This document shows, in pieces, positions 31,378 through 43,610 of a stretch of 64,000 nt of DNA. The notes under the pieces were generated by a model that saw nothing but the letters and a program-made list of their open reading frames with translations, was not told where the DNA came from and did no database searches. The translations under genes and the position numbers were made by a program. This DNA comes from Candidatus Latescibacterota bacterium (GTDB taxonomy: Bacteria; Latescibacterota; UBA2968; UBA8231): assembly GCA_036336855.1 (NCBI GenBank), contig JAYZFI010000052.1:73178-137177 (forward strand). The letters run 5' to 3'. Numbering within the stretch: the stretch's first letter is position 1; each line of letters starts with the position of its first letter.

Positions 31378-31415
31378 GAAAATCTGCAATACGGTCTTCA
31401 GAATCGGTCGTTCGG

Positions 31416-32111
31416 ATGCCAAAACCACTCGTAGAAATCCTCAATAAGTTCTGCGAAAACAATGAGATCCGACGTCTGTCTCCAGGCGAGATGCGAGAGC
31501 TCTTGGAAGACGGAGAGGAGGCTGCGTGGATCGCCGAGCAGGCGGGAGCCGCCAACGTCGAATCGAGGTTGGAGCTCGAGTCGATTCTCGAAAGTATCGC
31601 TGTCCATGTCGCGCCCGCGCCATGTGATGATGGTGGTGAGGACACCGACGGCAGAGGTGATGCGGAACCGGACGGTCATAGAGCCCCCGACGTAGTTGTA
31701 GATCAGGACGCAGATGAGCTCTCGGCCATGGATCCCGCAGCACTGGCTGCATCTCTGGGCCAGATGTCCGGAGGGCTACCCTCGGGAGTTGACGCCCGGC
31801 AGCTGCAGAAGGTGCTCTCTTCTCCCCGTGGTCAGCTGCTGGCCGACTTCGGCGCCTTCTGCGAGGAGCGTGGGGTCGATGGCGAGGGCAGTGGGGAGAT
31901 GGACGAGGCCGCCCTGCGCGTGCTTCACGACGAATGGCGGCAGACTTCTCGACCTACGCTCGAGGGTAAGAAGCCCGCGGAGATGTTCGACGGAGGTACG
32001 TTGTTTCCCGAGAAGGTGGTCACCTTACGTCGCGTTGCGCCCAAGGTTGGGCGCAACGAGGCCTGCCCCTGCGGCAGTGACAAGAAATTCAAGAAGTGCT
32101 GCGGTCGGTGA
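31416..32111 (+). CDS. acidic protein with C-terminal SEC-C metal-binding motif
   Basis: C-terminus ..[20 protein letters not shown] is the SecA-C-terminus-type zinc motif (CPCGSxKKxKxCC). The rest is strongly acidic with no other motif I recognise. Confidence 0.75.
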   Translation: MPKPLVEILNKFCENNEIRRLSPGEMRELLEDGEEAAWIAEQAGAANVESRLELESILESIAVHVAPAPCDDGGEDTDGRGDAEPDGHRAPDVVVDQDADELSAMDPAALAASLGQMSGGLPSGVDARQLQKVLSSPRGQLLADFGAFCEERGVDGEGSGEMDEAALRVLHDEWRQTSRPTLEGKKPAEMFDGGTLFPEKVVTLRRVAPKVGRNEACPCGSDKKFKKCCGR

Positions 32112-32124
32112 GGAACGGGGAAGC

Positions 32125-32667
32125 GTGAGTGATCACCTGCGGGAATCCGACACCGTTGCCGGTGTGCTCGTCGGTGACCTAGAGGTCTTCAGCGATGACC
32201 GCGGAGACTCGGCGGAGCTGTTCCGCAGCGAGTGGTTTCCGTCACAAACTTGGGAGCAGATACAGTCGAACCGCTCGCACTCCCGTGCAGGAGTACTGCG
32301 AGGCTTGCACTTTCACCACAAGCAGACGGACTACTGGCACTTTATGGCCGGTAGGCTGCGCGTCGGGCTCTACGATCTGCGACCTGACTCTCCCACCCAC
32401 GGCAGGGGGGAAGTGCTCGAATTCTCAGGTGACGAGTTCCGTGGTCTCTTCATTCCACCCGGTGTCGCCCATGGCTATTATGCAGTTACCGACGCCGTGT
32501 TGCTCTACGTCGTTGATCAGTTCTACAGTGGTGAGGACGAATATGGGTTGGCTTGGAACGACCCCGAGCTCGGGCTCGACTGGGGCGAGTCCGGTCCCCC
32601 AATCCTGTCGGAGCGCGACGCTGCCAACCCCACTCTTGCTGCCTTGCCCGCCGAAGAGCTGCCATGA
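32125..32667 (+). CDS. rfbC: dTDP-4-dehydrorhamnose 3,5-epimerase-like (RmlC cupin)
   Basis: ..FSDDRGDSAELF.., ..SRAGVLRGLHFH.., ..LFIPPGVAHGYYAV.., ..AWNDPELGLDW.. follow the RmlC pattern. GTG 32125 lies downstream of AGGAACGGGGA. The long 5' extension in the track overlaps the SEC-C gene. Confidence 0.8.
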   Translation: MSDHLRESDTVAGVLVGDLEVFSDDRGDSAELFRSEWFPSQTWEQIQSNRSHSRAGVLRGLHFHHKQTDYWHFMAGRLRVGLYDLRPDSPTHGRGEVLEFSGDEFRGLFIPPGVAHGYYAVTDAVLLYVVDQFYSGEDEYGLAWNDPELGLDWGESGPPILSERDAANPTLAALPAEELP

Positions 32668-33563
32668 CCTCCGACGTCGATCTTTTCTCTGGACTTGTGA
32701 AGACCGAGGCTCTACGCATCGCCCCGCCGGGGGAGGTGTTTTGGTATACCTCGGGGACGGTGGGTCCCTACTACATTAACACCGAGCGCCTGTTCGGTGG
32801 TCCTCACGCGGCACAGGCGTTACTAACTTTCATTGACGAAGAGGCGGGCAAAGTAGATTTCGCGACTCGGCTTTGGAAACGGATCGATCGCCAACTGCAG
32901 GCCAATGTGCTGTTCAGCGCAGTGATCGAGGCGCTGGCGCAACGGGCACGGGAATGTCTGGGGGGTGAGGCAATCGATGCCGTGTCCGGTGGCGAGCGCC
33001 GAGACTGGTTCTTTTCCCTCGGCGTCGCCGCCCGCCTCGGAAAACCCCACCTGTTCATCTCAAAATCCGGTCGCTGTGCCCGCGACGACGGTGCCGGAAT
33101 GATCACGCTGGACAATCTCTCCGGCCAGCGCTTCCTGCATGTCGCCGACCTCGTCACCGAGGCTTCGTCGTACACCCAGGATTGGATCCCCGCTCTTCGT
33201 TCTCGGGGTGGTGAGATGGCCGTGTCCGTAAATGTCATTGACCGGGCCCAAGGCGGCATTCAGGCGATTGCCGACGCCGGGGTAGCGGCAGAGGCGTTGA
33301 TGCGAGTCGATGAAGAGATGTTCGCGGAGCTGCAGCAGCGGGGACTCATCGATGCCGAGCAGCGCCAAGGCCTGATCGCCTACTTCCGCGATCCTCAGGC
33401 CGCGATGAAGCAATTCCTGCAGGACAAGCCGGAGTTTCTGCGTGACGCCCTTGGCTCCGCTGACGAGAGGGTTTCTGGTCGCGCCCGGAAACTGATGGAC
33501 GGGGATCTCTACGGTCTAAGCGCTGCTTGCGATATTCCGCCGCCTGATCGATGGAGGATCTAG
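32664..33563 (+). CDS. phosphoribosyltransferase-like protein (distant PyrE/orotate PRTase-like)
   Basis: The ATG overlaps the rfbC stop (ATGA). N-terminus ..FWYTSGTVGPYYINTERLFGG.. resembles the PyrE N-terminus. ..FLHVADLVTEASSY.. is a degenerate PRPP-loop-like acidic/hydrophobic motif. The assignment is tentative. Confidence 0.45.
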   Translation: MTSDVDLFSGLVKTEALRIAPPGEVFWYTSGTVGPYYINTERLFGGPHAAQALLTFIDEEAGKVDFATRLWKRIDRQLQANVLFSAVIEALAQRARECLGGEAIDAVSGGERRDWFFSLGVAARLGKPHLFISKSGRCARDDGAGMITLDNLSGQRFLHVADLVTEASSYTQDWIPALRSRGGEMAVSVNVIDRAQGGIQAIADAGVAAEALMRVDEEMFAELQQRGLIDAEQRQGLIAYFRDPQAAMKQFLQDKPEFLRDALGSADERVSGRARKLMDGDLYGLSAACDIPPPDRWRI

Positions 33564-36500
33564 CCGGCGGCTTCGTCGAGCTGCCTCGCAGCAACCTGAA
33601 CCGATACCAGTTGTGAGACGCCCTCCTCGGGCATGGTGACGCCGTGCAGGGTGTCCGCCGCACCCATGGACAGCTTGTTGTGGGTCACCATGATGAACTG
33701 GGTGCTACGGGCGAACTCGCGCAGTACGCGCAGGAAGCGCTCGATGTTGGCATCGTCCAGGGGGGCGTCAACCTCGTCGAGGATGCACCACGGGCTCGGC
33801 TTCACCTGGTAGATGGCGAACAGCATCGCGATGGCGGTGAGGGCCTTCTCGCCGCCGGACAACAGGCCAATAGACTGCAGGCGTTTTCCACGCGGACGGG
33901 CGCTGATCTCGATGCTTGACTCCAGTGGATCGACATCCTCTTCGAGCTTGAGGTCGGCCTCTCCGCCGGGGAAGAACCGGCCGTAGGTTTCGCGGAACTT
34001 CTCGCGAATTTTTTCGAAGGTCTCACGGAACATGCGACGCGCGACGCGGTCGATGTGCTGGAGCGTCTTGCGCAGATCTTCCGCCGCCGCCTGCAGGTCG
34101 TCGCGATGCTCGACGAGAAAGTCGTACCGCTCCCTTTGCTGTTCGAACTCCTCGAGCACCCCCACGTGCACGGTGCCTAGGCGCGCGATGCCGCGCCTGA
34201 CCTCGCCCAGGCGGTGCTCGGAGGTCTCACCGTCGAAGTCGATGAGCTCTTCTTTTGAGAGCGGTCCTATGCTGTTGACGTCGGTCTGATACTCCTCCGT
34301 GAGTCGCTCGGATATGCGTGACGCCTCGCCGTTGAGCTCGGTGATGCGCAACTCGAGATGGTGACGACGCTCGCGCTGGCCGCTGAGTTCGCGTTGCAGC
34401 CGGCTGATCTCCTCCTCGAGCTCTCGCGACCGCGCCATGGCGTATTGCCACTCGTGCTGGCGCTTGTCGCGGGCGCTGGCCAGCTGTTCGCGCCCGCGGT
34501 GCTTGTCCTCAAGCTCGCTACCGATGGAGCGCTCACTATTCTCCAACTTCTGGCGATCTTCGCTGGCCTGCGCCATCTCCTTTTCGAGGCGGCAGATGGT
34601 TTCCTCGTGGCCGGTCACCAGTACCGCCAGCCGCTCGTCGTCACGTCGCATGCTCTCCTTCTTTTCGGCGACGCGCGCACTCTCTACCCGCATGGTGTTG
34701 AGGGCCTCTCGGCGCTCCTGGCGCAGATGTTCGGCTTCGCGCACCCGCTCCTCGCGAGCCTGTAGGCGCTGCTCGAGGTCGGCGGAGTCCTTCTCGATCT
34801 GAGCGAGGCGCTGCTCTTCACCCCGGCTGCTCCCGTCGAGCTCGCGGCTGTGGTCCTCGAGCTCCTGGCTGTGGTGTCCTAGCCTGTCGATACGCTCCTC
34901 AAGGACTCTCGCTGATTCCCCGGCAGCGCGCTGGTGCAGGCTGGCCTCTCGCTCTTGGTCACGCAGCTCGCCCGCGAGCTCCTCGAGATCGGAGAGGTAT
35001 CCATCGAGGACCCCACACCGGGACTGCTCCGCCGCGATTGCCATGCTTACCGCGGAGAGCGAGCCTCGCTGACGGGAGATCACGGCGCGCAAATCGCGTA
35101 TCTCTCGACCGCGGGCTAACACGCTCTGATCGGCGTCACCGCTCTCGCCCCCCGAAATTAGCCCACGGCTGGTGTCGACTCCTTCACCCGCGGGCGTGAC
35201 CAGCCGCACGGCAACATCTGCGCGTTGCCGTGCGAGGCGCAGGGCAACGCGCAGATCGTCGACGAGGAAGGTGTTGTGTAGCAGGCGGTACAGGATAGGG
35301 GCGAAGGTGGAATCAACGCGCACGAAGGAAGACAGGGCCCCGCGCACGCCTGGATCGCCATCGAGGTCGAACACCGGAGGTGGCAGTGCCTGTTGCCATT
35401 GAAGTGGCAGCACACCGGCGCGTCCACCTTCGAGGGAGGCGATGGCGTCGACAATCTCTCTGTCACTGTGAGCGATGAGCGCCTCTACGGCGTCCCCGAG
35501 GGCACTCTCTACGGCGCGGACACAGTCTGGATCGACGTCGATGAGGTCGCCGAGGACGCCTTCGAAGAGCTGGGCAAAGGGGGAATCGACGAGGAGCTTG
35601 CGAACTCCTGCCGAGTAGCCTTCGAAGTTGGAGCGCACCCGTTCCAGGACTTGGATTCGGGCTTTGCCAGACTCGATCTCGCGTAGTAGCCCGGCTTCGC
35701 GTTGCGCCAGCTTCTCTAGGGAGGAGCCAGTTTGCTGCCGACGCTCGCGAGCGCTGGCCAGATCGCTGTCGACACCAGCCAGGCGCTGTCGTAGCTGTTC
35801 AACCTCGGTGTCGGTTCCCAACGCCTGCTGGTGCAACACCTCGAGGTCGGCCCGAGAAGACTCGATCTCAGCACGCTGCTGCTGCACGGTCTGTTGCAGG
35901 CTCTCACGCTTCGCCCGCAGGCTGGCTAGAGCGCTGCTACGGTCACCCTTCTCGCGCAGGAGATCGCGTAGGTAGTGGTTTTCGGCATCGAGCCCGGAGC
36001 GGCTGGAATTGTAAGCGCCGTCCGCCTCGGAGGTGATGCGCTCCTGCTCCTGCAGCCGAGTGCCACTGCGATCTACTTCTTCGGTAGCCTCCGCGAGTGC
36101 GGCCTGAGTCTCGGTGTGCTGACGTCTTCCCTCTTCGAGCTGGGCGCGAAGTTCCTCACCCTCGCGACTCGCGCGCTCGATGAAGTGCTCGCGAGCTTCG
36201 CGACGTTCACGGGACGAGACCAGCAAATTGTCGCGTTCGTGGATTTCCTCCACACAGCGCGACAGCGCCACCCCGGCCTCCTGCAATGAGCCCTCGGTCT
36301 CGGTCACGGCGAGGCGCCGCTTCTCCAGCTCGGCTTCGCGAGCGGTGAACTGAGTGAAGCCCGCCTCGGAGCTGCGATTGAGCTCCTCAAACTCCCTCTG
36401 CAGGGGGCTGATTTCCGTCTGGATGCAGAAGTACTTGTGGCGGCCCACCAAGAGCTCGAGCTCGTCGAGTTCAGTCTTGAGGGCTTGGAAGCGTCGCGCC

Positions 36501-37132
36501 CGTCCCACCTGCCGGCTGAGGTAGTCGACCTGGCGCTTGACCTCGGAAATGATGTCTTCGAGCCGGGTCAGATCAGCCTGCGTGGACTCCAGCTTGTTCC
36601 ATGTGGAGCGCCGGCGTGCTTTGTACTTGGTGATGCCCGCCGCTTCTTCGAGAATGCGACGGCGGTTCTCCGTCTTTTCGCTAATGATCTCATCCACCAT
36701 GCCCTGTTCCATCACCGAGTAGGCGCCCGGTCCGAGGCCGGTGTCCATAAGCAGGTTCTGAATGTCGAGAAGGCGACAAGGGACCTTGTTGAGCAGGTAG
36801 TCGCTCTCGCCCGAGCGGAACAACCGCCGCGTAACCGTGATCTCGGTGTAGTCGATGGGCAGGATGTGCTCGGCGTTGTCGATGGTAAGAGAGACCTCCG
36901 CCATACCCAGAGGCTTGTTGGAGCGGGTCCCGGCGAAGATGACGTCTTCCATGCGATGGCCGCGGACGGCAGTAGCCCGTTGCTCACCGAGAACCCAGCG
37001 AATGGCCTCGACGATGTTGGACTTGCCACAGCCATTAGGTCCCACGATGCCGGTGATACCGGTGTCGAAGGGAATCTCGGTCTTGTTGTAGAAGGACTTG
37101 AAGCCGAAGACGTCGAGGTGGGTTAGTCGCAA
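33560..37132 (-). CDS. smc: chromosome segregation protein SMC
   Basis: Walker A GPNGCGKSNI, long coiled coils, hinge region, signature LSGGEKALTA and Walker B CILDEVDAPLD. Probable start TTG 37132 (M-RLTHLDVFGFKSF); the track starts at GTG 37156. Confidence 0.95.
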   Translation of the reverse strand: MRLTHLDVFGFKSFYNKTEIPFDTGITGIVGPNGCGKSNIVEAIRWVLGEQRATAVRGHRMEDVIFAGTRSNKPLGMAEVSLTIDNAEHILPIDYTEITVTRRLFRSGESDYLLNKVPCRLLDIQNLLMDTGLGPGAYSVMEQGMVDEIISEKTENRRRILEEAAGITKYKARRRSTWNKLESTQADLTRLEDIISEVKRQVDYLSRQVGRARRFQALKTELDELELLVGRHKYFCIQTEISPLQREFEELNRSSEAGFTQFTAREAELEKRRLAVTETEGSLQEAGVALSRCVEEIHERDNLLVSSRERREAREHFIERASREGEELRAQLEEGRRQHTETQAALAEATEEVDRSGTRLQEQERITSEADGAYNSSRSGLDAENHYLRDLLREKGDRSSALASLRAKRESLQQTVQQQRAEIESSRADLEVLHQQALGTDTEVEQLRQRLAGVDSDLASARERRQQTGSSLEKLAQREAGLLREIESGKARIQVLERVRSNFEGYSAGVRKLLVDSPFAQLFEGVLGDLIDVDPDCVRAVESALGDAVEALIAHSDREIVDAIASLEGGRAGVLPLQWQQALPPPVFDLDGDPGVRGALSSFVRVDSTFAPILYRLLHNTFLVDDLRVALRLARQRADVAVRLVTPAGEGVDTSRGLISGGESGDADQSVLARGREIRDLRAVISRQRGSLSAVSMAIAAEQSRCGVLDGYLSDLEELAGELRDQEREASLHQRAAGESARVLEERIDRLGHHSQELEDHSRELDGSSRGEEQRLAQIEKDSADLEQRLQAREERVREAEHLRQERREALNTMRVESARVAEKKESMRRDDERLAVLVTGHEETICRLEKEMAQASEDRQKLENSERSIGSELEDKHRGREQLASARDKRQHEWQYAMARSRELEEEISRLQRELSGQRERRHHLELRITELNGEASRISERLTEEYQTDVNSIGPLSKEELIDFDGETSEHRLGEVRRGIARLGTVHVGVLEEFEQQRERYDFLVEHRDDLQAAAEDLRKTLQHIDRVARRMFRETFEKIREKFRETYGRFFPGGEADLKLEEDVDPLESSIEISARPRGKRLQSIGLLSGGEKALTAIAMLFAIYQVKPSPWCILDEVDAPLDDANIERFLRVLREFARSTQFIMVTHNKLSMGAADTLHGVTMPEEGVSQLVSVQVAARQLDEAAG

Positions 37133-37327
37133 GGACAGACTCCAAGGCCGCAGCACAGATCGGCACAGTCCGAAAGGGAGGGATGCGATCGGCCCGGCGA
37201 GATAGGGGCATGATGGTCCGGACGGGGGGCAGGCCTGACGGCATCACCATGCCGACACCCCAAGACCTGGGGGGAGAGCGCAAGAAGGTTACAATATGTA
37301 GCCCTCAAGGTCAAGGTCTGCCGCGCC

Positions 37328-37588
37328 ATGCCGATCATCACCTTGACAGCCACACTCGCTCAGTTACCTTCGTCGCCCATGAATCTGGCAGACATGCTCA
37401 AGGACGTTCTCGATCAGTTGCCCGATCAGCGCCGGGAGGCCGTCGAACAACTAGTGAAGGAGTACGGCGCCAGAGAGAGTTGCCACTTTACCCTCGCCCT
37501 ACTCGCCGGCGCCAATTCCCGCGAGCGTCGCTTGTCCAGACTGCTGCTCAACGAGCTTGAGCGCCAGGACGTCGAAGACACGGACTGA
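37328..37588 (+). CDS. small hypothetical protein (69-86 aa)
   Basis: G/C-rich third positions, unlike the overlapping Arg-rich frame 37183..37560. Product: ..MNLADMLKDVLDQLPDQRREAVEQLVKEYGARE... No recognisable motif. The start is either ATG 37328 or 37379. Confidence 0.45.
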   Translation: MPIITLTATLAQLPSSPMNLADMLKDVLDQLPDQRREAVEQLVKEYGARESCHFTLALLAGANSRERRLSRLLLNELERQDVEDTD

Positions 37589-37610
37589 TACTCGTCCGAT
37601 CCCCTTTTTT
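37581..37610 (+). terminator. weak terminator-like hairpin plus T6 run
   Basis: CGGAC-tgatactc-GTCCG then atcccc-TTTTTT at the end of ORF 37328..37588. The stem is short and the T-run is separated from it, so confidence is low. Confidence 0.3.
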
Positions 37611-37683
37611 GTGAAGTACCGGCAGATCCCGTCGATAGAACACAGGGAATAGATATTGGTATCACGTTGTATTAATAAGAGAG

Positions 37684-37971
37684 ATGAACGTGTTCATCGC
37701 AATTGCCGGTCTGCTACTGGTGCCGCTATGCATCCGTTACCTGACATCGTGGCACATGGGTCGTCTGCGCACCCGGGCTTTGCAATGTGAGCAGGACTTG
37801 CGAGCTATCCGGAAACAGTACGCCGAAGTGCGCGAGCAGCTGATCGACGTGCGTCGCGTCGTGCGTCAGTGCGAGGCGCGTGGCAGTCACATCCAGACTG
37901 ACATTTTCAACGCCCAGGAGCGGCTTCGCGAACTGCGCAGTGACGCGCCAGATCGGCGGATCGCTGCCTGA
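37684..37971 (+). CDS. small membrane-anchored coiled-coil protein, unknown function
   Basis: MNVFIAIAGLLLVPLCIRYL (TM segment) followed by a heptad-like charged helix (..LRAIRKQYAEVREQLIDVRRVVRQ..). Preceded by an AT-rich stretch. Confidence 0.5.
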   Translation: MNVFIAIAGLLLVPLCIRYLTSWHMGRLRTRALQCEQDLRAIRKQYAEVREQLIDVRRVVRQCEARGSHIQTDIFNAQERLRELRSDAPDRRIAA

Positions 37972-38004
37972 GCGCCGGCTGCCAACGGAAGAATCATTGC
38001 CCGC

Positions 38005-38490
38005 TCAGAAATCGAGGCCCATGTCATTTGGTAGTTCACCTTTCTCCCTGCCCATTGTGATGATGTGCTCGGCCTGAATCTCCTGGCGGCCTTGAAAGCC
38101 GGAGTCGATCTCGTGCCAATGGGTCAGCTGAGGTTCGCCGCGCCGCCAGCACAGGTAGATCCAGCGACCCTCCCAGGTCGTAGGGAAGTCGATGATGCCG
38201 TGCTCGAGGCTGCCGGAGGGAAAGCGTAGGCCGCGAGCGACGATTTTTTCCTCGACCAGATTCTGGATGGCGCTCCCCGTTCTCTCCACGCAATCTCGGA
38301 TGTCCAGGTATTCCAGGTGATTTGGATTCTCGGCCCTAAAAATCAACTCCCCCCACATGACTTCCAGCGTTTCCGCCCGACGCATGTGGGTAGTCCACTC
38401 CGCCCTGAGGCTCTCGAGTCGGTCAAGGGCTTCTTCGAGGGTTGGAATTAGGGCGTTGGCGTCGTCTACGGTGAAGGGACTGCGGGGCAT
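38005..38490 (-). CDS. DUF2203-family protein
   Basis: ..FTVDDANALIPTLEEALDRLESLRAEW.. and ..GIIDFPTTWEGRWIYLCWRRGEPQLTHWHE.. match the DUF2203 pattern as I remember it. Start trimmed to ATG 38490. Confidence 0.6.
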   Translation of the reverse strand: MPRSPFTVDDANALIPTLEEALDRLESLRAEWTTHMRRAETLEVMWGELIFRAENPNHLEYLDIRDCVERTGSAIQNLVEEKIVARGLRFPSGSLEHGIIDFPTTWEGRWIYLCWRRGEPQLTHWHEIDSGFQGRQEIQAEHIITMGREKGELPNDMGLDF

Positions 38491-38565
38491 ATAGGCACTT
38501 GTGGGAGGGATGGAGTGACCGAACATACTAACCATACCGGGGCAACGGCCAGGGCAGTGCCAACC

Positions 38566-38594
38566 TTGCGTGGGTTTTTTCGGTGTCGCATATT
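38566..38594 (+). promoter_or_regulatory. sigma-70-like promoter candidate for gatC
   Basis: TTGCGT-N17-CATATT, about 50 nt upstream of GTG 38647. A GGCCG-aagc-CGGCC hairpin lies between it and the AGGAGG ribosome-binding site. Confidence 0.3.
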
Positions 38595-38646
38595 ACGCCC
38601 GGTTTTACAGGGCCGAAGCCGGCCTTTCAGGAGGATTTGAAGGACT

Positions 38647-38934
38647 GTGGCAGTCACGGTCGAGGATGTAAGGAGGGTGGCGTCTCTGGCTCGGATCCAG
38701 CTCACTGAGCAGGAGGAGGGACGACTCACCTCAGAGCTGACTCGAATCCTCGACTACATGGCCAAACTGGACGAGCTCGACACGGAGGACGTCGAGCCCA
38801 CGGCCCATGTTGTTAGGGTGTCTAACGCCTTCCGTAGTGATCGTCGCGAGGATTTTCCTGCGCGGGCTGAGCTGCTCGCTCAGGCGCCCGATCTCAAGGA
38901 GGGCTACTTCCGAGTACCCAGGATCATCGACTGA
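38647..38934 (+). CDS. gatC: Asp-tRNA(Asn)/Glu-tRNA(Gln) amidotransferase subunit C
   Basis: 95 aa with ..VRRVASLARIQLTEQEEGRLTSELTRILDYMAKLDELDT.., typical of GatC. GTG start preceded by AGGAGG. Confidence 0.9.
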   Translation: MAVTVEDVRRVASLARIQLTEQEEGRLTSELTRILDYMAKLDELDTEDVEPTAHVVRVSNAFRSDRREDFPARAELLAQAPDLKEGYFRVPRIID

Positions 38935-38940
38935 AGTAGA

Positions 38941-38972
38941 AGCGGCGGCATTCGTGTCGCCGCTTTCTGTTG
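38941..38972 (+). terminator. rho-independent terminator after gatC
   Basis: AGCGGCG-gcattcgtgt-CGCCGCT followed by TTTCTGTT. Confidence 0.5.
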
Positions 38973-39041
38973 TACAGGCGCGGAGTTGCACCAGTTGGGT
39001 CCACGGCCGGATCCGGTTGCGCCTGCAGGGGAGAGGAGTGA

Positions 39042-42725
<3,684 letters not shown>

Positions 42726-42726
<1 letters not shown>

Positions 42727-43451
42727 TGGCGCTGGAGGCAAGGGGTCTGGTGAAGGCTTATTCTCGGCGGCGCGTCGTTGACGGCGTGGCACTTCGTGTC
42801 GATTCCGGCGAAATCGTCGGCCTGCTCGGCCCCAATGGCGCCGGCAAGACAACGACCTTCCACAGTATTGTCGGGTTCGTCCGGCCCGACGCTGGACAGA
42901 TCTCCTTGGATGGCACCGACATCACATCAAAGCCCATGTACCGCCGCGCCCGCATGGGGATCGGCTACTTGCCTCAGGAGACCTCTATTTTTCGTGGCCT
43001 CACCGTGGCGGAGAACATCGTCGCTGTTATGGAAGCTCGGGGCTACCCGCCGGATGTGCGCTCCGATCGCCTTGCCCAGCTGCTCGACGAGCTTCACCTT
43101 GAGCCGCGGGCACAACAACGGGCCGACACCCTGTCTGGGGGCGAGACGCGACGCGTGGAAATCGCTAGGGCTCTGGCCACTGAGCCTCGCTATATGCTGC
43201 TCGACGAGCCCTTCACTGGAATTGACCCGCGGACCGTCGAGGATATCCAGATCATCGTTGACCAACTGCGGCAGAAGGGATTGAGCATCCTGATCACCGA
43301 CCACAACGTACGCGAGACACTGCAGATCACCGATCGCGCCTACATCATGGTCGATGGCCGCATCCTGACTGCTGGCAGCGCTCGCGAACTCACAGAGGAC
43401 GAGGATGTGCGCCGTCTCTATCTCGGCGAGCGTTTCCGCATGGACTGGTAG
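42726..43451 (+). CDS. lptB: LPS export ABC transporter ATP-binding protein
   Basis: Walker A GPNGAGKTT, signature LSGGETRRVEIARAL, Walker B MLLDEPFTGIDP. 241 aa, immediately upstream of rpoN as in the conserved lptB-rpoN arrangement. Confidence 0.93.
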
Positions 43452-43510
43452 GCTCCGCAGTTCTCCGGCGGAGACGGATTTCCTTCGCAGCAAACGTTGT
43501 ACCTTACTTC

Positions 43511-43539
43511 TTGACGAGTGCTCGGGCCCCGGCTATATT
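43511..43539 (+). promoter_or_regulatory. sigma-70-like promoter candidate for rpoN
   Basis: TTGACG-N17-TATATT in the 159-bp lptB-rpoN spacer, about 70 nt upstream of the rpoN start. Confidence 0.45.
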
Positions 43540-43610
43540 AGCGCAGGATTACTCACCCAACTCATTCAGAGAGATGAAGTTACAGAGATAGGTAAGGTTC
43601 TCGGAATCCA

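Noticed and set aside
37640-37683. TGGTAT-N4-TTGTA as a sigma-54 promoter for ORF 37684..37971.
   Set aside because: The spacing is one nucleotide short, the -12 position is GT rather than GC, and the element would be only ~13 nt from the ATG.
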